A stretch of 64,000 bases of DNA. Origin: Dehalococcoidia bacterium. Lineage in GTDB: Bacteria > Chloroflexota > Dehalococcoidia > Lucifugimonadales > Lucifugimonadaceae. Positions 37,370 to 47,109 of the stretch are shown one piece after another. Position 1 is the first letter of the stretch. Each line of letters begins with the position of its first letter. Location of the stretch: the NCBI GenBank assembly GCA_965243235.1, contig CBDEUI010000004.1, forward strand, positions 1,298,031-1,362,030, in the 5' to 3' direction. The notes beneath the pieces are model-generated. The model ran no database searches and was not told where the DNA came from. It saw only the letters and a list, made by a program, of their open reading frames with translations. A program made the position numbers and the translations under genes.

Positions 37370-38296
37370 ATGCTCCGACTACTTGGCAGACGTGACAAGA
37401 CGTCCGAATCGTCCGCGGAAACTCGCCGATCATGGACAAATCTTGTCGGTGGAGTATTTCGTCGCACCAAGGTTGACGACGAGTTTTGGGAGGCCCTAGA
37501 AGAAGCGCTGATCGTGGCTGACGTCGGTGTCGAGACGGCGATGCAACTCGTCGAGAAGATCCAAGAAGAGGCTAGATGGAGAGGGGCCCGAACTCCCGAC
37601 GCGGTCTACGAATTGTTACGAACCGAAATATCCGAGATGCTCACTGACGGTGAGGCTGCCGCAGCTTTCGCTGAAGATGGTCCCGTTGCGGTGATGGTTG
37701 TTGGGGTAAACGGTTCCGGTAAGACCACCAGCATCGGAAAACTTGCGCAAGCCGCCAAATCAGACGGGCGTGTTCCACTGATCGCGGCCGCCGACACCTT
37801 CAGAGCTGGTGCCATATCCCAACTGGAGACATGGGCGCGGAGAACCGACACGATGTTTGTTTCTTCGGCCGCCGGAGCAGATCCGGGTTCCGTCGTCTAC
37901 GACGCGTTGAATGCGGCTAAATCCCGCGGGGCCGATTTCGTCGTAATCGATACCGCGGGCAGGTTGCACACCGCGCACAACTTGATGGAAGAACTCAAGA
38001 AAATGCGACGGATTCTCGATCGGCATTCAAGCGATTTCAAACCGCGAGTGTTGCTGGTCATTGATGGCAATACTGGTCAGAATGGTGTCACGCAGGCCAA
38101 AGTGTTCACAGAAGCGGTCGGTTGCGACGGAGTGATTCTGACGAAACTGGACAGCACGGCGAAGGGCGGCGTGATATTGGCGATCCGCGGCGAAATGGGA
38201 CTGCCGGTCAGGTACATCGGCACGGGCGAGGGCATTGACGACATCGCACCGTTCGATCCTCGAGGCTTTGCAGAGACGATACTTCCCGCCGCGTAA
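37370..38296 (+). CDS. ftsY: Signal recognition particle receptor
   Basis: NG domain motifs GVNGSGKTTSIGK, DTAGR, TKLD. Confidence 0.9.
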   Translation: MLRLLGRRDKTSESSAETRRSWTNLVGGVFRRTKVDDEFWEALEEALIVADVGVETAMQLVEKIQEEARWRGARTPDAVYELLRTEISEMLTDGEAAAAFAEDGPVAVMVVGVNGSGKTTSIGKLAQAAKSDGRVPLIAAADTFRAGAISQLETWARRTDTMFVSSAAGADPGSVVYDALNAAKSRGADFVVIDTAGRLHTAHNLMEELKKMRRILDRHSSDFKPRVLLVIDGNTGQNGVTQAKVFTEAVGCDGVILTKLDSTAKGGVILAIRGEMGLPVRYIGTGEGIDDIAPFDPRGFAETILPAA

Positions 38297-38307
38297 TCGA
38301 TTGATAG

Positions 38308-40695
38308 ATGTCTGATCTGATTTTTTGGCTACTGACCACTTACGCGGTCGGTTTAGCTGCGATACCTGTGGTGTATATCGCACTTCCCAATCTGACAGAT
38401 CGCGGGTTCGGGCTAGTGCGTCCGATTGGGATGTTAGCGTTCGGTTCGGTGGTTTGGGTGTTGAGTCTGTTGAAAATTCTTCCGAATGTACCGTGGTCTT
38501 GGTGGTTGATAGCGTTTCTCGCTGCCGTAGCAGGTTGGGCGTGGATCGCACTGAGGAAACGAACCGACTTCGTTGGATTCCTTCGCCGTCGGTGGCTGCA
38601 GCTGATTTTGACCGAAGCCGTGTTCTTGGTATTTTTTGTCGTTTTCGCGTTTGTGAAGGCGTTGGATCCCGACATTTCGCATACCGAAAAGCCGATGGAT
38701 CTGACGATGTTGAACGCGGTAATTAGCGCGCAACACGCGCCACCGACGGATCTCTGGCTAAGCGGCTTTCCGATCGCGTACTACTACTTCGGGTACTGGA
38801 TGCTCGGCGGCATCGCACAGATGTCAGGCGTGCAAGCGAGCATCGCTTACAACTTGGCTTTGGCTACCGTTGCCGCGATGTCGGCGGCGGCGATTTTCTC
38901 GCTGGTTTCGAACCTGGTTCGCCGCGATGGTGCGACAACTATGCAGATGCTTGCCGGTGGATTGATCGCCGCAGTGCTGCTGCTCTTCATCTCGAACCTC
39001 AACGGATTATGGGAGCTACTGTCGCTGGCCGGTATCGGGTCGGATGGGTTCTACGACTGGCTCGGCATAAAAGGCGTTGACCTGACCGACACCAGCACGG
39101 GTTGGCGGCCCGAAGGCTGGTGGTGGTGGTGGGCATCGTCGAGAGTGATCAACCGCTTCCTACCTGATGGCACTGAACTCGATTTCACTATCCAAGAGTT
39201 CCCGTTCTTCAGCTTCATGCTGGGTGATCTGCATCCGCATGTAATGTCGATACCGTTCGTGCTGACTGCTATCTCGGTGATCGCAAACCTGCTGTTCTCG
39301 CGTGTCAAGTGGGGTCTCGGTTGGTTGCGCAGTAATCCGATCTCCGCCGTCGTGCTGATGCTGGTCGTAGGGTCGGCTGGATTCATCAACACTTGGGACA
39401 TGTTGTGGATGCTGCTTGCGTTGGGAGGAGCAATTTACTTCAAGTCGTACCGAGAGAACGGACGGATGCACCTGCAGGCGATCCGTACCGCGGCACCAGG
39501 GTTTGTGGTCGTTGCTTTAGTCGGTGCCGCGTTTTTCTCGAACTACTACTTCGTAACCATGCAGAGCCAGATACAGTTTCCACCGGCGATACCCACGAAA
39601 TACGCGACACGCCCCATCCATTTCTTCACAGTGTGGGGCGGGTTGATCGCAGTACTGCTAGTGTTCGCAAGTGCAGTCGTAGTACCGGCGGTGTCGCGTG
39701 AGTTTGCGATATTGAGGCGGAACGTCACCACGCTCGGGCTCAACTCTAGTACGTATGCGAAGTTTCCATGGATCGTCTCTGTCGGATTCGTGGCTTTCAC
39801 TTACTTCGCTTGGGTTATTGCCCACTACAGCTTCAACGACAATGCGGATGGTGCCGATCTAATTACCCGATTGCCGTTGACGGCGTTACTCGGAGCCGCG
39901 TTCGTCGGTCTGTTCGTGACAACCTATCGTCGCGGAATGCGCGGGGCCGATGACGGAGCGCAGATAGCGGTTATTTTGCTCACGATCTCGGCACTGCTTC
40001 TGTTTTGGGCCGAGCTGTTTCGGCTGCACGACATGTTCGGCGGTCGACACAACACCGTGTTCAAGTTCTACTACCAAGTATGGATCTTCTTTGCGGTAGT
40101 CGGCGGTTACAGCGTCTATTTTTGGATGCGTCGACATCCTTCGTTCATAGGCCGAGTCAGATACCTGAGTGTCGCAGCGGTTGTAATCGCAACGTTATTG
40201 ATCGCGGTTTCTCTCTACTACCCCTTTGCAGCCACAGCAGGCAAGTCATCGGAGTCGGGAACCGAGTTCACCCTTGACGGGCTCAGGTTCTTGGAAAATA
40301 GCGGATCAGCAGTCCCCGAAGCGATGGACTGGATTCGCGAGAACGTCAGCAATGACGATGTCCTGATCGAAGCACCGGGAAACAGCTATACGCAGCATGG
40401 TCGATTCTCAGGATGGACCGGCAGGCCGGCAATCTTAGGCTGGACCGGGCACCAGAGCCAATGGCGCGGCGGTGATGAATGGTGGATAGATCGGAATAGC
40501 GATGTTGAGCGTATCTACAGCAGTGCCGATGATGCGGAGACATTCGCATTGATTGAGCGTTACAGCGCCGACTATTTGGTCGTCAGCCCAAACGAACGTC
40601 AAAAATATACTGAATTAGATGTCTCGAAATTCGACCGTATCGGGCGCCGTGTGTTTGAGAACGAACAAGTGATCATTTTCGCCTTGGGAGAGTAG
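38308..40695 (+). CDS. DUF2298 / Chlor_Arch_YYY-domain polytopic membrane protein
   Basis: 795 aa, many TM helices, with the hallmark PIAYYYFGYW (YYY codons at 38779-38787). Confidence 0.8.
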   Translation: MSDLIFWLLTTYAVGLAAIPVVYIALPNLTDRGFGLVRPIGMLAFGSVVWVLSLLKILPNVPWSWWLIAFLAAVAGWAWIALRKRTDFVGFLRRRWLQLILTEAVFLVFFVVFAFVKALDPDISHTEKPMDLTMLNAVISAQHAPPTDLWLSGFPIAYYYFGYWMLGGIAQMSGVQASIAYNLALATVAAMSAAAIFSLVSNLVRRDGATTMQMLAGGLIAAVLLLFISNLNGLWELLSLAGIGSDGFYDWLGIKGVDLTDTSTGWRPEGWWWWWASSRVINRFLPDGTELDFTIQEFPFFSFMLGDLHPHVMSIPFVLTAISVIANLLFSRVKWGLGWLRSNPISAVVLMLVVGSAGFINTWDMLWMLLALGGAIYFKSYRENGRMHLQAIRTAAPGFVVVALVGAAFFSNYYFVTMQSQIQFPPAIPTKYATRPIHFFTVWGGLIAVLLVFASAVVVPAVSREFAILRRNVTTLGLNSSTYAKFPWIVSVGFVAFTYFAWVIAHYSFNDNADGADLITRLPLTALLGAAFVGLFVTTYRRGMRGADDGAQIAVILLTISALLLFWAELFRLHDMFGGRHNTVFKFYYQVWIFFAVVGGYSVYFWMRRHPSFIGRVRYLSVAAVVIATLLIAVSLYYPFAATAGKSSESGTEFTLDGLRFLENSGSAVPEAMDWIRENVSNDDVLIEAPGNSYTQHGRFSGWTGRPAILGWTGHQSQWRGGDEWWIDRNSDVERIYSSADDAETFALIERYSADYLVVSPNERQKYTELDVSKFDRIGRRVFENEQVIIFALGE

Positions 40696-40697
40696 GC

Positions 40698-43067
40698 TTG
40701 GACACGGCACATACTCGACCGGAAGATGGTGCGTCCGAATCGTCTGTCCGATCAACTGGAATGCGCGCGGGATGGGTCGACGGAGCGTGGACTACAGTCA
40801 CTCGCACGAGCGCGACAGTAGTCGATACGGCCACTGAACTCTCGATATCACCTCGTGTTCAGTACGGCATTTACGCCGCTCTTTTCCTCATCGGTTTAGG
40901 GATGCGGTTGGTGCGCTTGGGCGACCAAGCGGTGCATCACGACGAGAGCCTGCATGGCTACTTCGGTTACCAAATCGCAATCGGCAACGAGTACGAACAC
41001 TCGCCGCTGACCCACGGAATGTTCCTCTTCGAGCTGATCGCGGCGATGTTTTTCCTGTTCGGCGATTCGGAGTTCACGCTCCGCCTTGGGATGGTGCTAT
41101 TTGGTGCCGCCTTGATTCCCATGCCCTTGCTGTTGCGCAAGCAGCTGGGCGATGTCGGAGCGATTCTCACCTCGGTAATGCTCACTTTCTCGCCGGCGCT
41201 CTTCTACTTTTCGAGGTTTGCCCGCAACGACATTCTCATGGCTCTCTTCATCGCGTTGCTCGTGGTCGCGATGTGGAGGTACATCGAAGAGCAGCGTCAT
41301 CGATGGCTCTACATAGTGGCCGCGGTGCTCGGGTTTTCGATGGCCACCAAAGAGACGGCATATATCTTCGTCGTCATCTTCGCCGCCTACTTCGCATGGG
41401 CGACGCGCTACGAACTTCGTGACATTCTGCTAGGGCACATGAAGCTGAATGAGATCAGTCCACAGGGTCACATCTTGGTGTTGCTCGTCGGGCTGACCGC
41501 GCCGTTCTATGTCGCGGGGATCGCGTTATTCCAAGAGCTGTTTGGGCTGACTCTGGCGGCTGTTGAGGGCACCCCTAACGTAGCCACTGGCGCGCCTGAC
41601 GGTTCAACGGCGACCGCAGTCGCGGCTGTATTGACCTTGTTGGTGTTCGGTGTCGGCGTCGCGATCGGGGCATGGTGGAATTGGCGCCGATTCTGGGTCG
41701 CATTGGCGATTTTCTGGGCGATCTACGCCGTCATCATGACGAACTTCGGAAGCCACTACCCGGGCGTCATCACTGGGGTATGGCAGTCTCTCGGGTACTG
41801 GCTCGCTCAACAAGATGTTCGTCGCGGCGACCAGCCTTGGTACTACTACTTCATCATGGGCTCGGTTTATGAGTTTCTTCCGATGTTGTCGGCCATGGGA
41901 ATCGCGCTCTACTACGCTATTCGCACGGGATGGCGATCCATAGGTTTGATCGCGATTAGCGTGATCAGCTTCGCGATATCGACGACTCTGCTCTACACGC
42001 AGTACTACAAAAAGCCCGATCCTCCGTCGGAACTGCTTATTCTGCCTTTCTTGGCGTTGGCATTCGTCACGTTGATATTCATACCGCTGACGCTGAATAC
42101 GTCGAGGTTCATGCGCTTCCTGTTGTTCTGGGCGTTCGCGACCTTTTTGGCATTGTCGGTAGCGGGGGAGAAGATGCCATGGCTACTTGCCCAGTTGACG
42201 CTCCCCTTCATTTTCGTAGCAGGTCACGGATTGGGCATACTCTCCAACCATGTCGATTGGCACTACGTGTGGCAGCGTAAGGGTTGGGTCGTGTTTGCAT
42301 TGGTGCCTCTCGCTCTGGTCGCGATATATCGGTTGATCTTTTTCGAGTTCTACGACAATTTCGACATCAGCAACTCGCGTGACTTGAGCCAATTCTTCGA
42401 GTTATGGGCCTTGATAGCGTTCTGCGGTGTCGGATTATTGCTGTTGATCCAGAGCGGATTGTCGCAAGGTTTCCGGATGGTTCTCAGTGTGATTGCGGTC
42501 GCACTCGTTGTAGTTATGTTCGCGTTCACATTACGCGCCTCGTTCAACGCCGTGTACAAGCACGGGGACGTGCCTAGGGAGATGCTCGTATACACGCAGA
42601 CGACACCAGACCTGCACCAAACTGCCAAGGAGTTCGATTTGGCGCGCGACTTGGCATGGAACAAGAGTGAGTTCAGCGTTGCGATAGATAATCGAGACGG
42701 TTTTGCTTGGCCATGGAGCTGGTACCTGCGTGACTATGAGGGTGTCGGTTACATCGACCTCGAAGGGGAAGGCGCGACAGTAGGGGATGACCGCACAATC
42801 GCGGTGATCAACGCCCGCAACCACGACAAGGTCAAAGAATCTTTGCCAGAGCGTTTCGACGAAGGCAGACACATGATCCACCGCTGGTGGTTCCCAGAGG
42901 TCTACAAAGAGAAGACCCCGGGCGATGTGTGGAATGGTTTGACCAACCGAGAGTTGTTGCGACCGATTGCGGACTTCTGGTTCCATCGCAAACTGTCAAC
43001 AGATATCGGGTACATCGATTCGTACGTCTACTACAGAGACGATACGCCATCCGCGCCTCTACGATGA
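40698..43067 (+). CDS. GT-C-like polytopic membrane protein (TIGR03663 / PMT_2-ArnT-like glycosyltransferase family)
   Basis: 789 aa. AVHHDESLHGYFGY first-loop motif and about 14 TM helices. It directly follows the YYY gene. Start uncertain. Confidence 0.7.
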   Translation: MDTAHTRPEDGASESSVRSTGMRAGWVDGAWTTVTRTSATVVDTATELSISPRVQYGIYAALFLIGLGMRLVRLGDQAVHHDESLHGYFGYQIAIGNEYEHSPLTHGMFLFELIAAMFFLFGDSEFTLRLGMVLFGAALIPMPLLLRKQLGDVGAILTSVMLTFSPALFYFSRFARNDILMALFIALLVVAMWRYIEEQRHRWLYIVAAVLGFSMATKETAYIFVVIFAAYFAWATRYELRDILLGHMKLNEISPQGHILVLLVGLTAPFYVAGIALFQELFGLTLAAVEGTPNVATGAPDGSTATAVAAVLTLLVFGVGVAIGAWWNWRRFWVALAIFWAIYAVIMTNFGSHYPGVITGVWQSLGYWLAQQDVRRGDQPWYYYFIMGSVYEFLPMLSAMGIALYYAIRTGWRSIGLIAISVISFAISTTLLYTQYYKKPDPPSELLILPFLALAFVTLIFIPLTLNTSRFMRFLLFWAFATFLALSVAGEKMPWLLAQLTLPFIFVAGHGLGILSNHVDWHYVWQRKGWVVFALVPLALVAIYRLIFFEFYDNFDISNSRDLSQFFELWALIAFCGVGLLLLIQSGLSQGFRMVLSVIAVALVVVMFAFTLRASFNAVYKHGDVPREMLVYTQTTPDLHQTAKEFDLARDLAWNKSEFSVAIDNRDGFAWPWSWYLRDYEGVGYIDLEGEGATVGDDRTIAVINARNHDKVKESLPERFDEGRHMIHRWWFPEVYKEKTPGDVWNGLTNRELLRPIADFWFHRKLSTDIGYIDSYVYYRDDTPSAPLR

Positions 43068-43114
43068 CGGCCGCATAGCGATGCGGCTCACCCACTAGTC
43101 ATGGCTAACCCACA

Positions 43115-44239
43115 GTGATTAAGAGCCGCGCATTCTGGATAGGCTTGCTCGGAAGCGCCGCATTTCTAGGCATCTTCTTCTTCGCGATCATCGATGATTT
43201 CGATCAAGTCGTAGACGTGTTCGCTTCAGCAAACTACATCTACGCTATTCCGTCTCTGGCCTTCTATACGCTGGCTCTGTGGTTCCGAACCGTTCGATGG
43301 CGGTACCTGCTCAAGCCGTTCACTGGCGAATCTACCCGCCGCGCGCTGTTTCCAGTAGTGGTCGTCGGTTACATGGCGAACAACCTGATACCCCTCAGGA
43401 TCGGAGAGTTGATGCGCGCGTACTACCTCTCTCTGCGTGAAGGCATCAGCACAATGGCCGGATTCGGAACCGTCGCCTTGGAGCGCGCATCCGACGTGAT
43501 CGCGTTGCTGCTGCTCATAGCAATTGCCGCGGTAGTCGGAGCGATCGGATTCCAGACGACTGTGAGCGGTGTGGCCGACCAAGTGCCGGGCGGTGTTGCC
43601 GTCCTCACGATAGGCGCTTTGTTGCCATTTGTGGCAGTTTTCGCCGTCGTCGCGTATGTAGTCGTCATGTCGCCAGAGAGCATACGTCGACTGATGGGCG
43701 GGATGCTATTCATGATTCCGCCAAGGATCCGAGTCAAGATCATCAATCTCGCGATGAATCTGATCGAGGGATTGACAGTGATCCGGACATGGCAAGGTTT
43801 GCTGAAAGTGATTGCACTTTCGATCCCCGTCTGGATCGCCGAGATCACAATGTATTACGTGATCGCTCTAGGTTTCGACATCCGACCGGAGTTCGGGAGT
43901 CAAATCGAATTCATCGCCGCGATCGTAGCTTTCGGAGCGGCCGCTAACCTTGCAGGCATATTGCCGTCGAGTGCCGGAAGTCTAGGACCGTTTGAACTGC
44001 TTGGAGCCGCGGCGTTGACCACACTTGGCATCGATGGCGACATTGCCGCCGCATACGCGTTGACGGTTCACATGGTTTTGTGGGCCCCAGTCACGATCGC
44101 GGGCGCCATCATACTGTTCTTTGATCGAACATCGTTTGTCAACCTTGCGCGGGGCGCGAGGTCCGTGAGAGGTAGAAGGCACAACTCCGCGTCAAACGTC
44201 TCCCACGTTTCGGAAAATTCTGCGGAGTTGAAGCCATGA
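43115..44239 (+). CDS. UPF0104 / LPG-synthase-TM (flippase-like) membrane protein
   Basis: 374 aa. NLIPLRIGELMRAYYL motif typical of the family. Confidence 0.7.
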   Translation: MIKSRAFWIGLLGSAAFLGIFFFAIIDDFDQVVDVFASANYIYAIPSLAFYTLALWFRTVRWRYLLKPFTGESTRRALFPVVVVGYMANNLIPLRIGELMRAYYLSLREGISTMAGFGTVALERASDVIALLLLIAIAAVVGAIGFQTTVSGVADQVPGGVAVLTIGALLPFVAVFAVVAYVVVMSPESIRRLMGGMLFMIPPRIRVKIINLAMNLIEGLTVIRTWQGLLKVIALSIPVWIAEITMYYVIALGFDIRPEFGSQIEFIAAIVAFGAAANLAGILPSSAGSLGPFELLGAAALTTLGIDGDIAAAYALTVHMVLWAPVTIAGAIILFFDRTSFVNLARGARSVRGRRHNSASNVSHVSENSAELKP

Positions 44240-45582
44240 AGGTTGGGATAGTTGGAGCCGGCGCGGCGGGGCTGGCAGCCGCTTATGATCTCGCTCGTGC
44301 AGGTCACGATGTCGTCGTATACGAATCGGCGCCATTCATTGGCGGTCAAGCGTCCACCATCCCCGTGGGCGGATATCCGCTCGAACGCGGCTATCACCAC
44401 CTGTTCACCAACGACCGCGCGATCTTGGATCTGATGGACGAAGTGGGCATCAGCAACGCGATGGAGTGGTATCCGTCAAACGTCGGTACTTACGTCGACG
44501 GAGGTTTGCATCGCACGACTACGGCGTTCGATCTCTTGCGCTTCAGCGCCATCCCGATGTTCGAACGTATCCGAATGGGATTGTTCACGCTTCGCGTCCA
44601 ACGCATCAAAGACTGGCAAAGCCTTGAGCCTTACACCGCAGACCAATGGCTGAGCGAGAAACTCGGCGGCAAAGCCTACGACGTGCTTTGGAACCCTTTG
44701 CTGCGCGGAAAGTTCGGCCGATTTTATGGCGAAGTCGGAATGCCTTGGTTCTGGTCGAAGATTCAAACTAGATTCGCTTCGCGCGAAGGGATGTTGGCGA
44801 AAGAAGTCCTCGGATATCCAACCGGCAGCTTTGACGTAGTCTTCGATACGTTGGCAGATAAGATACGTGGTCTCGGGGGCCGGATTCGAATCGAGAATCC
44901 CGTCACAAAGATCGTCCCGCGAAACGAATCTGGCAAGGTAGGGATTGAATCCATCTCTGAAGGACGAGAGCAAACAGATCTCTTCGACTGCATACTTTCT
45001 ACGGTTCCATCATTCTCGATGCCGAGCCTTATGGACTCGATTCCGTCCGAATATCTCTCGCGCTTGGATGATGTTCAATATCTGGCTGCGGTCGTCGTGA
45101 TACTTGAGATGGATCGGAGACTCACCGACTATTACTGGATGAACATCGCCTCGGATGATGTGCCGTTCCTTGGCATCATCGAGCACACCAACATGTTGCC
45201 CAAGGAGTGGTACAACGATCGCCATGTCGTATACCTCACCAACTATCTGCACCGGCGGGATGAACTGTTCAGCTTGTCGCCAGAGGAGTTGACAGACCTC
45301 TATTTCAATCACCTTCATAAGTTCAATCCCGACTTCAACCGCTCTTGGGTAAAGGATGTCCACTACAACGCGGTTAGCGCGGCGCAACCGATAATCGGCA
45401 CTGAGTACGGTGCGAAGAAGCCATCACATCGAACGCCGTTTGAACGCATATATTTGGCGAACACGACACAAATCTACCCGGAAGATCGCGGCACTAACTA
45501 CTCGATTCGGATGGGTCGGGAGATGGCGACTATGATGTTGTCCGATGCCGCCAAAGGATGGTCGGATTGGCGATCTAACTGA
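44236..45582 (+). CDS. FAD/NAD(P)-dependent oxidoreductase (amine oxidase / phytoene desaturase-like)
   Basis: 448 aa. N-terminal VGAGAAGLAAAYDLARAGHDVVVYESAPFIGG dinucleotide fold. 4-nt overlap with the upstream gene. Confidence 0.8.
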   Translation: MKVGIVGAGAAGLAAAYDLARAGHDVVVYESAPFIGGQASTIPVGGYPLERGYHHLFTNDRAILDLMDEVGISNAMEWYPSNVGTYVDGGLHRTTTAFDLLRFSAIPMFERIRMGLFTLRVQRIKDWQSLEPYTADQWLSEKLGGKAYDVLWNPLLRGKFGRFYGEVGMPWFWSKIQTRFASREGMLAKEVLGYPTGSFDVVFDTLADKIRGLGGRIRIENPVTKIVPRNESGKVGIESISEGREQTDLFDCILSTVPSFSMPSLMDSIPSEYLSRLDDVQYLAAVVVILEMDRRLTDYYWMNIASDDVPFLGIIEHTNMLPKEWYNDRHVVYLTNYLHRRDELFSLSPEELTDLYFNHLHKFNPDFNRSWVKDVHYNAVSAAQPIIGTEYGAKKPSHRTPFERIYLANTTQIYPEDRGTNYSIRMGREMATMMLSDAAKGWSDWRSN

Positions 45583-45679
45583 TATTCGTCTATGGGACTT
45601 GGCAGCGGACGCTCTGAGTTAACCTATATGCGTGTTTGAACTTGAACCAAAGTTGTGAGCCAATCAGGAGACTAAACGC

Positions 45680-46459
45680 ATGGGCGTCATGGACGGCAAG
45701 GTATCTATCATCACTGGCGCAGGCACTGGCATCGGCAAGGTCGCCGCAGTCATGTTCGCCGAAGCTGGCTCGGATCTGGTTCTTGCCGGGAGACGCCAAG
45801 CGCCGCTCGATGAGGTCGCAGAACTAGCGCGGGAACACGGGGTGGAAGTCAAGGTCAAACCGACAGACCTCGAAAACGGTGATGCCGCGGCGGATTTGGG
45901 AAGGTGGAGTTTGGAACGCTTCGGAAAAGTCGACATCTTGGTCAACAACGCCGGGCATAGCAGCCGTGTGCGATCGTTGCGATACGTAGGCCCTGAGGAG
46001 TGGGATTCGGTGTTCAAGGTGAATGTCGAAGGCGTTTACCGGCTGACGCAATCGGTATTGGCAAACATGATCGACCGAGGCACCGGCACCGTGATCACAG
46101 TGTCGTCGATGGCGGCGTTGAATCCGGGTCTTCTCGGTGGAGCACCATATAGTGCGGCGAAAGCGGCGTCCCTGAATATGATCCGCGGCATGAATACCGA
46201 ACTCGCGAAGTTCGGAGTCCGCGCTTGTGCCATCATGCCCGGTGAAGTTGACACCCCGATTTTGGAAAATCGTCCGCGCCCACCGGATGCAGATGATCGT
46301 TCGACGATGATGCAGGCCGAGGACATCGCGCAGGCGATATTCCTCTGCGCGGCGATGCCGCAACGAACAATCGTCGAACAGGTCGTGATGATGCCTACCC
46401 TGCGTCGCGACACGTCGCGCGACATGGTCGCGGCAGAAAACGAAGGTTCCGGCCGATGA
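45680..46459 (+). CDS. Short-chain dehydrogenase/reductase
   Basis: 259 aa. TGAGTGIG, NNAG, YSAAK motifs. Confidence 0.85.
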   Translation: MGVMDGKVSIITGAGTGIGKVAAVMFAEAGSDLVLAGRRQAPLDEVAELAREHGVEVKVKPTDLENGDAAADLGRWSLERFGKVDILVNNAGHSSRVRSLRYVGPEEWDSVFKVNVEGVYRLTQSVLANMIDRGTGTVITVSSMAALNPGLLGGAPYSAAKAASLNMIRGMNTELAKFGVRACAIMPGEVDTPILENRPRPPDADDRSTMMQAEDIAQAIFLCAAMPQRTIVEQVVMMPTLRRDTSRDMVAAENEGSGR

Positions 46460-46584
46460 AGCCACACTGGGTAATTCTGCGCGCCGAATAATGATGCTCT
46501 GTTACGATTCCATCTAGGCGGATATGTGAGCAGAGCAACGCGCCGCATACCCGAACTGAGTCTCTCGACTACGCTGGAGATAGA

Positions 46585-47109
46585 TTGACGACAAGTCAGC
46601 AACAGAGCCGACCGGAGTTGCGCGAGCGAATCCGTGGAGCACTCGAATCCCAGCGCACCGACAAGGAGAGGGTACCGAGCATCACCGTACTTTCTTCGCT
46701 TCTCGCGGTCCAAGACGATCTGCACTATATCCCCGATGAAGCGATCGAAGAGACCGCGATCTTCTGCAACGCCACCATAAACGACGTTTGGAGCGTCGCA
46801 TCTTTCTATACCAACTTCCGGTTTACCCCGCCGGGTATGACTACGGTCGATGTTTGCTGGGGACCGACCTGCCACCTCATGGGAGCGCAGAAAGTGTTGG
46901 ATGCCGTGCAGGATGAGTTGGGTGTGGACTCCGAAGAAACCAGCGCCGATGGCAAAATCACGTTGCGTTACAGCACTTGTCTCGGGGCGTGCGCCCAAGC
47001 CCCGGTCATCGCACGCGACCACATCCTGAAAGGGCGCGCTAACCCAGATTCAGCCCGCCAATACATAGTTGACCTTCAACAGGAACTCGAGAATGGTATC
47101 GCGCACTGA
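46585..47109 (+). CDS. NuoE-like [2Fe-2S] thioredoxin-fold ferredoxin subunit
   Basis: 174 aa. Cys motifs CWGPTCHLMG and CLGACAQAP. Confidence 0.85.
   Translation: MTTSQQQSRPELRERIRGALESQRTDKERVPSITVLSSLLAVQDDLHYIPDEAIEETAIFCNATINDVWSVASFYTNFRFTPPGMTTVDVCWGPTCHLMGAQKVLDAVQDELGVDSEETSADGKITLRYSTCLGACAQAPVIARDHILKGRANPDSARQYIVDLQQELENGIAH

Noticed and set aside
46036-47022. Long antisense ORFs: 46036-47022 (328 aa), 45824-46465, 54890-55624 (244 aa), 51965-52669 (234 aa), 17119-17835 (238 aa), 57641-58282, 59091-59684 and 63320-63949.
   Set aside because: Each lies opposite a gene with strong family motifs and shows the Arg/Ser/Pro-rich composition typical of shadow frames in GC-rich DNA.
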